DNA of 64,000 nt from a virus (IMGVR_UViG_3300026549_002494:72468-136467), one strand, 5' to 3'; positions 27,330 to 37,446 are shown, counted from the stretch's first letter. Numbers and translations are program-made. The notes: a model not told the origin generated them from the sequence alone.

Positions 27330-28665
27330 TATTAATATTCCTGACGGAGCCAATCTTCTCATTCACGCCCTTCAGGACAACGGATATTCCGCTTATGTTG
27401 TAGGCGGTTGTGTCCGGGATAGTATATTGGGTAGAGAACCACATGACTGGGATATATGCACATCTGCCACTCCTGAGCAAATGCTTGAAGTTTTTAAGGA
27501 TAGACGAGTCATCGAAACCGGATTACAACACGGTACTATTACAGTAGTAGTTGATAAAATTCCATATGAAATTACGACTTATAGAATAGACGGAGATTAT
27601 TCAGACAATCGAAGACCCGATAGTGTAACCTTTACAGATAATCTCATCGAAGATTTGAAACGTAGAGATTTTACTATAAATGCAATAGCTTATAACGATG
27701 CACAAGGTTTGGTTGATCCGTTTCATGGAATTGAAGATATTGAATGTGGGAAGATACAGTGTGTCGGCTCTGCAAAAGAGCGATTTAACGAGGATGCTTT
27801 GAGAATTTTAAGAGCAATTCGATTTGCTTCTCAGCTTGAATTTAGTATTGAGCCGGAAACAGATTGGCAAATTCATCAACTCTATAAAAATTTAGAGAAT
27901 ATATCAGTAGAGAGAATTAACGGTGAATTCTGCAAAATTGCATCGTTTGATAACTTTTGTGTAGAACTCTTGCTTTATAAAGATGTGTTCTCTTTATTTA
28001 TCCCAGAATTAAAAGGCATGATTGATTTTCCTCAAAATAACCCTTGGCACATTTACAATGTGTTTGACCATACGATACACGCTGTTGCCGAATGTGGTTC
28101 AAAGGATTTAATTACAAGACTTGCAGTGTTATTTCACGATTTCGGAAAGCCTCATTCCTATCAGGATGGAGAAGATGGCATTAGACATTTCAAGGGTCAT
28201 GCAAAAGTCAGTGCAGATATGACAGATTCAATCATGAAACGATTGAGATTTGATAACGATACAAGAAACAAGGTTGTTGAGTTGGTACAATATCACGATG
28301 CTACATTTTCAGTCGGTAAGAAATATGTCAAAAAATGGCTTAATAAGATTGGTGAAAAACAGTTTAGGCGATTAATTAAATTAAAAGAGGCAGATAACAA
28401 AGCTCAGAACTTGGAACGTTCCAACGAAAGAATTGGAGAGTTACACGAAATTGAGTCTCTTATAGATGAAGTTTTGAAAGAGCAGGAGTGTTTTTCTCTA
28501 AAGGATTTGGCTGTTAAGGGAGAAGATTTAATCAATATCGGTTATAAACCTGGAAGAGCGTTAGGTGCCGCATTGAGAGGATTGCTTGATTGCGTTATAG
28601 CCGAAGAAGTGGAGAATAATAAAGTAGAGTTATTAAAGTTGGCAAGTAAATGGTTGCCACGATAA
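27319..28665 (+). CDS. cca: tRNA nucleotidyltransferase (CCA-adding enzyme) with HD domain
   Basis: Head-domain motif VVGGCVRDSILGREPHDWDICT. C-terminal HD region VLFHDFGKP. Confidence 0.8.
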   Translation: MKFNINIPDGANLLIHALQDNGYSAYVVGGCVRDSILGREPHDWDICTSATPEQMLEVFKDRRVIETGLQHGTITVVVDKIPYEITTYRIDGDYSDNRRPDSVTFTDNLIEDLKRRDFTINAIAYNDAQGLVDPFHGIEDIECGKIQCVGSAKERFNEDALRILRAIRFASQLEFSIEPETDWQIHQLYKNLENISVERINGEFCKIASFDNFCVELLLYKDVFSLFIPELKGMIDFPQNNPWHIYNVFDHTIHAVAECGSKDLITRLAVLFHDFGKPHSYQDGEDGIRHFKGHAKVSADMTDSIMKRLRFDNDTRNKVVELVQYHDATFSVGKKYVKKWLNKIGEKQFRRLIKLKEADNKAQNLERSNERIGELHEIESLIDEVLKEQECFSLKDLAVKGEDLINIGYKPGRALGAALRGLLDCVIAEEVENNKVELLKLASKWLPR

Positions 28666-28735
28666 ATCTATACTTTTGTTGGTATTTTAGAAATCGTTAA
28701 ATTATGTTAAAGGTAAATAAAAATTGTAGAGAGTA

Positions 28736-29095
28736 ATGAGCAAGACCGAAGATTTCCATAGAGGTGGGAGAATGAAAATGAGATTACTGTGCATTAAAGA
28801 TTTTATAGCGGTCACCGATATGCACGGAGATAATGACCCAAAAGAAATTTGCTATTCTGAGGGCACTGAGTATAACGCTATAATTGATATGCCATACAAC
28901 GGAAGCAGACTTGAAGTTCCGGGTAGGAAGAACAGCTACACCTTTCCTTACCATATAGACGACATCAAAAAGTATTTTATATTTGCTTTTGATAAAGAAA
29001 GACACGATAAAATCTATACGAAAGTTAAAAATTGCAAAATATATATTGATTCTAAATGTTTTGACGTGGGAGAAGCAATAATTAAACAGGAGTAA
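28736..29095 (+). CDS. hypothetical protein
   Basis: 119-aa ORF. An internal ATG (MKMRLL) after GGTGGGAG is the likely true start. Confidence 0.3.
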   Translation: MSKTEDFHRGGRMKMRLLCIKDFIAVTDMHGDNDPKEICYSEGTEYNAIIDMPYNGSRLEVPGRKNSYTFPYHIDDIKKYFIFAFDKERHDKIYTKVKNCKIYIDSKCFDVGEAIIKQE

Positions 29096-29099
29096 ATGA

Positions 29100-29396
29100 A
29101 TGAAAAATCAACTTTCTAAAAGAGAATATAAATATAGATGCAAAATTATAGCCGAGAATCATTTGAAGAAAGAGTGTCAAATATATCTTGATAGTTACGT
29201 AGACTCAAAGTGGCTTACATATAAAGATGTCTATCTTAACAAAGTGGTGCTGCTTCGCATCAAAGCTGCACACAATTTTCAATCAGCCAGCAAAGCAATG
29301 TGGAAAGCAGGAATGTCAGCTAAAGAAGTGTCTGATGCTTTCAATAATTTTGCACAGACACTAAAACCTTGGTTGGAGGATGACATAGATGGATAA
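29100..29396 (+). CDS. hypothetical protein
   Basis: 98-aa ORF. Confidence 0.35.
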   Translation: MKNQLSKREYKYRCKIIAENHLKKECQIYLDSYVDSKWLTYKDVYLNKVVLLRIKAAHNFQSASKAMWKAGMSAKEVSDAFNNFAQTLKPWLEDDIDG

Positions 29397-29622
29397 GACA
29401 ATTCATTTTGAAAATGGCTCAAAGATAGAAATATTGCAAGCCAAAGAATCAAAACGCAGTAAGCGTGGTGAAGAACAAATGAAACAAATAATAACCCGCT
29501 ATAGAAAATCACCATATGAACTTGCAAAATATACTATGGGAGATACTTGGAACAATCTACATTGGTATCAAAAACTTTATTATAGAATTTATTGTGAATG
29601 GACAAGGAGAATATGTAAATGA
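29389..29622 (+). CDS. hypothetical protein; paralog of the 39955 ORF
   Basis: Shared N-terminal pattern F-NGS-I...KRSKRG...Q...I...Y-K-P with the ORF at 39955. Confidence 0.35.
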   Translation: MDKTIHFENGSKIEILQAKESKRSKRGEEQMKQIITRYRKSPYELAKYTMGDTWNNLHWYQKLYYRIYCEWTRRICK

Positions 29623-30131
29623 AAGAAATCCCGTATTATAAAAAATACGCAAGAGAAGTTATTACCGAATTAATCAAATATGATGACGAGGATATAATTC
29701 GTAAGTTTGTTAGCGAGATATCCAAACTAAGCACACTCAAACCATACTGCAATAATCATAAGAAACCAACCGTGAGAACCATTACCAAACCAAAGACAAT
29801 ATTATCTAACCCTGAAGCCATTTCAGATATTCTTGAGTCATACAAAAAATCAACATACGTGTGTTCATCATGTGGTAAAATTGTTTTTCCCGAAGTAGAG
29901 ATTGCGGACGGCAATGTCAATTTTCATACTGAAAAAAATAATTATCTTGGCAAAGGCGGAAGAATTATTCGTGATAATATCTGCCCTGACTGTAAATTAT
30001 CAGTTGAAGGTTTTAAGGACAATACTATTAAAAGATTGTCAAATGGGTATATAGGTTGCTTAAAATGTGGAACTGTATTTGATGTAAGTAAAGATCGCTG
30101 TCCCGGATGCGGACTACCAAGATATTATTGA
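29619..30131 (+). CDS. double zinc-ribbon protein
   Basis: CSSCG...CPDC and CLKCG...CPGCG. Confidence 0.4.
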   Translation: MKEIPYYKKYAREVITELIKYDDEDIIRKFVSEISKLSTLKPYCNNHKKPTVRTITKPKTILSNPEAISDILESYKKSTYVCSSCGKIVFPEVEIADGNVNFHTEKNNYLGKGGRIIRDNICPDCKLSVEGFKDNTIKRLSNGYIGCLKCGTVFDVSKDRCPGCGLPRYY

Positions 30132-30218
30132 TACCCAATAGAACTGAGATTTCATGGTGAAAATAGGCTTGAAAAAGCGAGAAAAACGGAGAAAACGAGA
30201 GAAAAACGGAGGTTGTAA

Positions 30219-30476
30219 ATGTATCAAATTTATTATAGTAGAAAGAACTATAAAATTGAAGTAAAACCGTTGACTAAAACATTTAAGGACGGAAGATTAA
30301 TGAAAGGATATCTGGATGATGTAGAGAATAATCCCGGCAAGATTATAAACTATAACAACTGTTACTCTTTTTCAACTTCAAGAAAAGCATTAGTTGATTT
30401 TGGTCGTGCTCTTAAAGAAAAATGGATTGCCGAATTAAAAGATGAGATTAATCGTTTTGAATCTATTAAGATATGA
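30219..30476 (+). CDS. hypothetical protein
   Basis: 85-aa ORF, GGAGG RBS. Confidence 0.35.
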   Translation: MYQIYYSRKNYKIEVKPLTKTFKDGRLMKGYLDDVENNPGKIINYNNCYSFSTSRKALVDFGRALKEKWIAELKDEINRFESIKI

Positions 30477-30488
30477 GGAGAAATAACT

Positions 30489-30719
30489 ATGACACGAGAT
30501 TTTCTTGGTAACGAGATTAAAGTAGGCGACAAAGTTGTTGCTATGAGATATAGAGGAACATCCGCACTTTTGTATGAGGGAATTGTAGAAAAAGTCTCTC
30601 CTAAAACTGTTTGTGTTAGGAAGAAATACAAGGGGTATGACTGGGGAATGCATGATGTTATGAGAGTTGATTCTGGGAAAGTTGTTGTTATAAATGATAT
30701 AGCAATAAAGGAAGAATAA
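30489..30719 (+). CDS. hypothetical protein
   Basis: 76-aa ORF. Confidence 0.35.
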   Translation: MTRDFLGNEIKVGDKVVAMRYRGTSALLYEGIVEKVSPKTVCVRKKYKGYDWGMHDVMRVDSGKVVVINDIAIKEE

Positions 30720-30720
30720 A

Positions 30721-31086
30721 ATGAGTAAAGAAAAGACAATGAAACTTTACGCAGTTAGAGATAAAAGCACAGGTAAATTTGTAAGCGACATAACAAATCC
30801 AAGACATAAGTTTTGGGAGAAGAAAGGCTCTTGTGAATCTGCCATTAAGTCATACAGTCCTTCAAGAGTTACGCCGGGTAGTCATAGAACAAAAAGAAAC
30901 AAGGAATATTTAGAACTTGTTGAACTGACTTGTGTAGACAGCAATTACATAATTGATGATATTGGCTATGTTTCTGACTGGTATCAAAGTAGCATCGATG
31001 ATACAAAACCGCCTGTATGGACAGACGAGCATATTGAAGAATTGTTGAAAGATTTTATCTTAATTCCGAGAACGGATGGAGAATAA
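30721..31086 (+). CDS. hypothetical protein
   Basis: 121-aa ORF. Confidence 0.35.
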   Translation: MSKEKTMKLYAVRDKSTGKFVSDITNPRHKFWEKKGSCESAIKSYSPSRVTPGSHRTKRNKEYLELVELTCVDSNYIIDDIGYVSDWYQSSIDDTKPPVWTDEHIEELLKDFILIPRTDGE

Positions 31087-31159
31087 TTAAATATAAGAAT
31101 AAAACAGAAAGGAATAAAGTGTAGCTACTGTAAACCATATGGACTTTCTGGTGAAGTAA

Positions 31160-31909
31160 TTGAAATACATGGGAAGTAAAAGTCGGATTGCGAAACATAT
31201 CGTGCCGATTATACAAAAGTATATAGATGAAAATAGTATTACTACATACATTGAACCCTTTGTAGGCGGTGCTAATGTAATTGATAAGATTAAATGCGAA
31301 AACAAGCTCGGCTCAGACTTGAACAGATATTTGATTGCGTTGCTGAGACACGTAAGAGATGGTAATGATTTATATGAAGGTGTGCCAAAAGATCTTTACG
31401 ACAAGGCGAGAACGGCATTTAACAACGGAGACACTTTTGAATTTGAGGATTGGGAGATTGGAAATATTGGGTTTATCGCATCATATAACGGCAGGTGGTT
31501 TGACGGCGGTTATGCAAAGCCGGGATATGAAAAGACCAAGAACGGTGAAAGGTATAGAGACTATTATCGTGAAGCAAAGGATAACCTTATGGAACAAGCA
31601 CCTAATCTAAAAGGTATACGGTTTATACACGAAGATTACCGAAGTTATGAGCCTAACGGATGTTTAATATACTGCGACCCACCATATGCAAATTCAAAGC
31701 AGTATGCTAATGCGACCAAGTTTAACTATGATGAATTTTGGAACACGATGAGAGAGTGGTCAAAAGATAACATAGTTCTTATTAGTGAACAAATCGCACC
31801 TGATGATTTTGAATGCATATGGGAAAAAGAATTGACAACGACACTTGATAAGAATAGTAGAAGTTCGGCCGTTGAAAAACTATTCGTGTACAAATCACAC
31901 AATATATAG
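31160..31909 (+). CDS. Dam-like N6-adenine DNA methyltransferase
   Basis: N-terminal MKYMGSKSR and IEPFVGGAN (motif I). DPPY at CDPPYAN. Preceded by a 6-codon uORF MDFLVK. Confidence 0.75.
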   Translation: MKYMGSKSRIAKHIVPIIQKYIDENSITTYIEPFVGGANVIDKIKCENKLGSDLNRYLIALLRHVRDGNDLYEGVPKDLYDKARTAFNNGDTFEFEDWEIGNIGFIASYNGRWFDGGYAKPGYEKTKNGERYRDYYREAKDNLMEQAPNLKGIRFIHEDYRSYEPNGCLIYCDPPYANSKQYANATKFNYDEFWNTMREWSKDNIVLISEQIAPDDFECIWEKELTTTLDKNSRSSAVEKLFVYKSHNI

Positions 31910-32005
31910 TATTAATACATTAAAACAAACACAATATACAGTATTGAGTTTTCAATGAAACTTTTGTTTCATTGAACAGAGAATAATATAATAAACGCAG
32001 TAGTT

Positions 32006-32995
32006 GTGAAAATAAAGGAGGATGAAAAATTATTGAATAACGGATTAAATGTTTTAAGCCTATGTGACGGCATGAGCTGTGGACACATCGCATTAGACAA
32101 AGCTGGATATACAATAAACAAATATTTTGCGGCGGAAATTAAGGACATTGCTATCAAAGTAACAAAAGATAATTATCCAAACACAATTTATATTGGAGAT
32201 GTGAATAAAGTTACATATAAAGATGGGGTACTACATACAGAGACTGGAGATTTTAAGATAAAAATTGATATTGTAATGTTCGGAAGTCCATGTCAGAGTT
32301 TTTCCAGAGCAATGATTAAAGAAAAAAAGATTGGACTTGAAGATCCTAAGCGTTCTGGGTTATTTTATGAGTGCAATAGAGTTTTAAGAGAAGTCAACCC
32401 AAAATATTTCCTTATGGAAAATGTAGTAATGAAGTCAGACGATGAAAAAATTATCAGTGACATGATGGGGGTGCATCCAATTAGGATCAATTCTTCTCTA
32501 ATAACGGCACAGCTAAGAGATAGATATTATTGGACTAATATTCCAAATGTTTCAATTCCGGAAAATAAAAATATTACATTACAAGATGTTTTACTTGATG
32601 GTTATGTTCCGAATGAAAAAGCTAAGTGTTTGTGCAAAAACGACTCTCATGGATATTATAACGGTTGTAATTGGACACCAATTAAAAGATTTCATAGATT
32701 TTGGTATAAATCATTTGGCACTATGGTATTTCCTTCAAAAGAATATTTTGATAACTGCATAGAAATAACAAAGAGGATATTGGACGGTAGAAAATCTTCT
32801 GCAAAATTGTATGATGATTATATTGGACATGATTTTGATAACGCAAGATATTTGTGGAAAGAAGAAAGGGCAAGACTGCAATCTGTACCAGAAGGATATG
32901 TAAAAAACTTATCCGAAAAAGAAGCGGCTGATGTACTGGGAGATGGATGGACTGTTGATGTAATTGCTCATATACTTAGTTTTATGGAGTTTTGA
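32006..32995 (+). CDS. C5-cytosine DNA methyltransferase (Dcm-like)
   Basis: Motif I-like LSLCDGMSCG. PCQ motif FGSPCQSFSRA. ENV. Probable true start TTG at 32033, 11 nt after AAAGGAGGA. Confidence 0.7.
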   Translation: MKIKEDEKLLNNGLNVLSLCDGMSCGHIALDKAGYTINKYFAAEIKDIAIKVTKDNYPNTIYIGDVNKVTYKDGVLHTETGDFKIKIDIVMFGSPCQSFSRAMIKEKKIGLEDPKRSGLFYECNRVLREVNPKYFLMENVVMKSDDEKIISDMMGVHPIRINSSLITAQLRDRYYWTNIPNVSIPENKNITLQDVLLDGYVPNEKAKCLCKNDSHGYYNGCNWTPIKRFHRFWYKSFGTMVFPSKEYFDNCIEITKRILDGRKSSAKLYDDYIGHDFDNARYLWKEERARLQSVPEGYVKNLSEKEAADVLGDGWTVDVIAHILSFMEF

Positions 32996-33133
32996 AAATT
33001 TAATAAGACACTTATTTTATCGAACAGAGAATAAATACATTAAACACAGCAGTTGCAAATGCTGTGAAATAACAGAAAGGAATAAACAGTAACACCGGTT
33101 AAAAAGATTACGTAATCCCTGTAAGGGTATATT

Positions 33134-34627
33134 TTGAAAAAAGAAAAATTAACAGCAAATATTTTATTTTCCGGAATCGGCTGTCAAGAGCGTGGATTCC
33201 AAAATTCTAATCTATTTGATTTAGAGGTCTTAAATACATCTGACATCTGTAAAGAGTCCGTCTTATCCTATGCTGCCATTCATTGTGGACTGACAAATGA
33301 AATGGTAGAAAATTATCCCGATTATCCTTCGAGAGAAGAAATGGCAAAAGAATTAACAGAGATTAATTTAGGTTATGAGCCTGAAAAAGATAAGTGTTTT
33401 GACTGGGCTAAGTTGGTAAAAAGAAAAAATAAAGATCTTGAAAAATATTGGTTGGCAAATAAATTGTCACATAATTTGGGTGATATAAGTAAAATTGAAG
33501 AATTACCGTATGCTGATTTGTGGACTTGCAGTTTTTGTTGTCAGGACATCAGCGTCGCTGGCAAAATGAAAGGCTTAAATCCCGATAGTGGTACTCGCAG
33601 CAGTTTGCTTTGGGAAAATATTCGTCTGCTTAAAAAAGCAAGAGATAATAATATTTCTCCAAAATATATTATGTTTGAAAATGTTAAAAATCTTGTAAGT
33701 AAAAGATTTATAGACGATTTTAATAATTTACTTGAAGTCCTTGATGAACTTGGTTTTAATTCATACTGGAAGGTACTTAATGCAAAAGAATGTGGAGTCC
33801 CACAAAATAGAGAAAGAGTATTTGTTATAAGTATCCGTAAAGATATTGATAAAAATACATTTTACTTTCCGTCACCGTTTGATAACGGATTAAGATTAAA
33901 AGATGTTCTCGAAGAAGTTGTTGATGAGAAATACTATTTATCAGATGATAAAGTTGAGAAGTTTAAGAAGAATTTCAATATTGAAAGCGATAGTGTTACT
34001 ACTCGCAATGCTGACATAGCTTCTTGTATTAGAGCAACTTATTATAAGAATGGTTCAAGAAATATATGTGAAAACATTGAAAATGGGAAAGGTTACGAGG
34101 GTGTAGTTGAAGTTTCTCCTAACAGAGAATATAAAATAGGTAACGTATATAATCCAAAGCATACCGGCGGCAGTTTCGCAGGAAATGTATATGATAAAAG
34201 GGGCTTATGCCCAGCTTTATCTACTATGCAAGGTGGCGGCAGACAGCCTCACGTGGTAACGGGATTAGTTTCTAATAAGGGTGAAAAGTTTGAGAAGCAA
34301 ACAGATTTTGCAAATACTCTTCTTGCAAGAGATTACAAAGGCTTTGGTAATCAGCAAATGAATTGTATAGTTTACACAGATGATATACGAATCCGTAAGC
34401 TTACACCCAGAGAGTGCTATGTTTTGATGGGTCTTACTTTTGAAGATTGTGACAAGGCGGCAGAAATAGGAGTTACGAATACTCATCTTTATAAACAGGC
34501 TGGTAATGGCATTGTTACGAACTGTGTTGAACTTATAGCAGAGCATTTGTATAAAGCACAGTATGATAATACATATGTATGCACCGATGAGAAGATGGCA
34601 AATTTTATGAACTCACAGTCGGAATAA
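33134..34627 (+). CDS. C5-cytosine DNA methyltransferase
   Basis: LFSGIGCQE (motif I), FCCQDISVAG (catalytic Cys region), ENVKNL (motif VI), QAGNG (motif X). TTG start. Confidence 0.7.
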   Translation: MKKEKLTANILFSGIGCQERGFQNSNLFDLEVLNTSDICKESVLSYAAIHCGLTNEMVENYPDYPSREEMAKELTEINLGYEPEKDKCFDWAKLVKRKNKDLEKYWLANKLSHNLGDISKIEELPYADLWTCSFCCQDISVAGKMKGLNPDSGTRSSLLWENIRLLKKARDNNISPKYIMFENVKNLVSKRFIDDFNNLLEVLDELGFNSYWKVLNAKECGVPQNRERVFVISIRKDIDKNTFYFPSPFDNGLRLKDVLEEVVDEKYYLSDDKVEKFKKNFNIESDSVTTRNADIASCIRATYYKNGSRNICENIENGKGYEGVVEVSPNREYKIGNVYNPKHTGGSFAGNVYDKRGLCPALSTMQGGGRQPHVVTGLVSNKGEKFEKQTDFANTLLARDYKGFGNQQMNCIVYTDDIRIRKLTPRECYVLMGLTFEDCDKAAEIGVTNTHLYKQAGNGIVTNCVELIAEHLYKAQYDNTYVCTDEKMANFMNSQSE

Positions 34628-34813
34628 ATTCTGACTGTGGAAAGGTTTACGGAGCTACCATGAGAGGTAGATACAATCCCGATGGCTCTACATCACAAAA
34701 TTTGGAGTTAAATGGAGAAGAAATAAGCAATGCAATAACAACTGTCGGAAAAGATAGTTTGGTGGTTATTGGAATGAAATAACTTTTTCATCTGCTATCA
34801 AATAACAGGAGGA

Positions 34814-35095
34814 ATGTTTATGAACTTGGACTTAAGTGAAAGAATTAGCAACAAAGCTTGCGGAAAAAGATATAAGGTCGAATGTCGAATAGAAAATCAG
34901 CCTTTTTGGATAACGGGGATATTAATTAACTATAACAGCGGTAATCTCGATCTTCTGACAGATGACGATTGTGTAATACACATACCATATAGTGGTTTGA
35001 GATGGCTGCTTCCAGCGAATAAGACGGCTACTAAGCACGAAACTGTAATGTCAAAAGAGGAAATGTTAGAACTTATGAGAGATGAAATAAGGTAG
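34814..35095 (+). CDS. hypothetical protein
   Basis: 93-aa ORF, AGGAGG RBS. Confidence 0.35.
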   Translation: MFMNLDLSERISNKACGKRYKVECRIENQPFWITGILINYNSGNLDLLTDDDCVIHIPYSGLRWLLPANKTATKHETVMSKEEMLELMRDEIR

Positions 35096-35105
35096 GAGGT
35101 AATTA

Positions 35106-35441
35106 ATGTTATATCCTAAAATTAATTGGAAGAAATTTGATAAAAACAATCCGCCACCGGATTTAGATACAGAGACGCAATGCCTCATATTTCTCCGTGA
35201 AAGATGTGGCAAGAAAGAACGATGGAACTATTGGGTTGATACAGCAACTCCACATGGTCATTATCTTAATGATTTTTGGGACACAGAAAATTATTGGATT
35301 GAAGGTCAGAACGATATTGAAGTTCTTGCATATGCAGAGCTTGGGCACATTGCGAAATCAAATATTATAAAACAAAACGAATATGAACAAGTGCTCTCAT
35401 CAAAAGATGGACGAACGAAAATATATATTACAAAGGAGTGA
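35106..35441 (+). CDS. hypothetical protein
   Basis: 111-aa ORF. Confidence 0.35.
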   Translation: MLYPKINWKKFDKNNPPPDLDTETQCLIFLRERCGKKERWNYWVDTATPHGHYLNDFWDTENYWIEGQNDIEVLAYAELGHIAKSNIIKQNEYEQVLSSKDGRTKIYITKE

Positions 35442-35653
35442 TGAAATGGACGATGGGACTATGAGAGGTCGCAGGGTATTCAATCATCCTTGGGATGATG
35501 ATTGGCAAATATCTCTTTCAAAAAAAGAATTGGATGAAATCATTTATCCTTTCAGTAAAAACGAAAAAACAAGACAATAATGGAGAATTAATATATGTGA
35601 GTAGTTCAAAACTACCTCACGTAAAATAAAAAAAAGAAAGGAAGATAAAAATA

Positions 35654-36424
35654 ATGAAAAAAATAATTATAGCAATAGTAACAGGTTTAGTAATAATCGG
35701 AGTAATATTTTCTTTGAAAATAGTGCCCACGGGACATACCGGTGTAGTGATACATACAGGTGCTGTTAGCAATAAAGTACTTTCGGAAGGATTACATTTT
35801 AAAACGCCTATTATAACACGTATATATAACATGGACAACCGCATTGTGAGAACCGATGTAGACATTTCAAGTTCTTCAAAGGATTTACAGGTAATCACGG
35901 GGACGATTTCAGTTAATTATAGGGTGGCTCCTGAAAAATCAGCGGAACTCTACAAGAATGTTGGTAAGAAATATGAAGAAATAATTATTCGCCCGGCGGT
36001 TCAGGAAACTACTAAGGGTGTTATGGCACAGTATACGGCTGAGGATTTAACAATAGAGCGTCAGACCGTAGGCAATGCAATGAAAAAAGCATTGGAAGAA
36101 AAGATTAAGGGTTATGGTTTAGATGTTGAAGCTTTGAATATTATTGATTTTGATTTCTCGGAAGAGTTTAATAAAGCTATCGAAGCAAAGCAGACGGCAC
36201 AGCAAAACGCATTAAAGGCTGAACAGGATTTGGCTCGTATAAAAATTGAGGCAGAACAGAAAGTCGAGCAGGCGAAAGCTGAAGCGGAAACATATCGTTT
36301 GCAGAATCAAGAGATTACAGATAAGACACTTGCGTTAAAATATTTGGAAAAGTGGGACGGCAAGCTTCCGACGGTAACATCTAATGGACAGAATATTTTA
36401 GATATTAATAGTATTTTAAAGTAA
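35654..36424 (+). CDS. SPFH/band-7/prohibitin-domain membrane protein (HflC/K-like)
   Basis: N-terminal TM helix, PHB-domain-like core, C-terminal A/E/K/Q coiled coil (AEQDLARIKIEAEQKVEQAKAEAE). Confidence 0.7.
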   Translation: MKKIIIAIVTGLVIIGVIFSLKIVPTGHTGVVIHTGAVSNKVLSEGLHFKTPIITRIYNMDNRIVRTDVDISSSSKDLQVITGTISVNYRVAPEKSAELYKNVGKKYEEIIIRPAVQETTKGVMAQYTAEDLTIERQTVGNAMKKALEEKIKGYGLDVEALNIIDFDFSEEFNKAIEAKQTAQQNALKAEQDLARIKIEAEQKVEQAKAEAETYRLQNQEITDKTLALKYLEKWDGKLPTVTSNGQNILDINSILK

Positions 36425-36437
36425 GGAGGATTATAAT

Positions 36438-36656
36438 ATGAAGAAGTTTAGAGTAACACAGGATTTGGATTATGTTAAAGGGTATTTGAGATATGGGCAT
36501 AAAGAAGGTATTGTCGAAGTTGAATCTGAGGATGAGCTAAAAGAAATGGTTGAAACTGGAGAAATATTTGATTATATGCATGTCAAAGTAGATGATTATT
36601 CAATCGAAGATTATGATGATGGCGGCAATAAGGTTAAGTGGGAGCAAATTGATTGA
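36438..36656 (+). CDS. hypothetical acidic small protein
   Basis: 72-aa ORF, GGAGG RBS. Confidence 0.3.
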   Translation: MKKFRVTQDLDYVKGYLRYGHKEGIVEVESEDELKEMVETGEIFDYMHVKVDDYSIEDYDDGGNKVKWEQID

Positions 36657-36753
36657 AATCTGTCTTTCATTTGGAGAATAAATAATTGTAAATATTAAAA
36701 GAAAGGATAAAAGTTCACGTGAGTAAAGCTGCGCAGCTACTATTGGTGAACAA

Positions 36754-37425
36754 ATGAGTAGTACAAATAGAAGTAATGCGAGAAATGAACATATATCAGA
36801 CTATTATATTACTCCCATTGCAGATATTGAATTATTTCTTGAAAAATTTAACGAGTTTTATCCTCTGGATTGGAAACATTCTAAAATTTTAGATCCTTGT
36901 GCCGGCGGTAATCTTGAAACACGAGATGAACACGGCATTAAAGAGGCGTATCATCCGATGAGTTATTCCACAGCAATACATAATGTGTTCAGAGAGTGTA
37001 ATGTGAACAATATTGATATCCGCTCTGATTCGCTCGCCGAAACAAAAGGTGATTATTTGACTATGGATGTTAAGAAATTTCAGCCTGATATTATAATCAC
37101 GAATCCGCCGTTTAATTTGGCAGTTCCAATAATCGAAAAGGCTATTGAAGATGTGTCGGATAATGGATATGTGATTATGCTACTTAGGCTGAATTTCTTT
37201 GGCAGTCAAAGCAGAGAAGAATTTTTCAAAAAATATATGCCGGAATCCGTATTTGTACACCATATAAGAATTGGTTTTACAGATAAAAAAGACAGTAATG
37301 GGTATACGGTTTTCGATAAAGACGGAAATCCCAGACGCGGAAGTACAGATTCGATTGAGTATATGCATGCGGTTTGGAATAAGAATAATTTGCAGCCGAG
37401 TTATACGAAATTAATATTGATATGA
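36754..37425 (+). CDS. N6-adenine DNA methyltransferase (gamma-class, NPPF)
   Basis: ILDPCAGGN (motif I-like) followed by IIITNPPF (motif IV). Confidence 0.6.
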   Translation: MSSTNRSNARNEHISDYYITPIADIELFLEKFNEFYPLDWKHSKILDPCAGGNLETRDEHGIKEAYHPMSYSTAIHNVFRECNVNNIDIRSDSLAETKGDYLTMDVKKFQPDIIITNPPFNLAVPIIEKAIEDVSDNGYVIMLLRLNFFGSQSREEFFKKYMPESVFVHHIRIGFTDKKDSNGYTVFDKDGNPRRGSTDSIEYMHAVWNKNNLQPSYTKLILI

Positions 37426-37446
37426 AAGTTTTATTTCATTAAAGAA

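Noticed and set aside
32006-32032. GTG (32006) as the start of the Dcm-like MTase
   Set aside because: The AAAGGAGGA RBS lies inside that extension (32013-32021). A TTG at 32033 with 11-nt spacing is the more plausible start. Track coordinates are retained in the feature but flagged.
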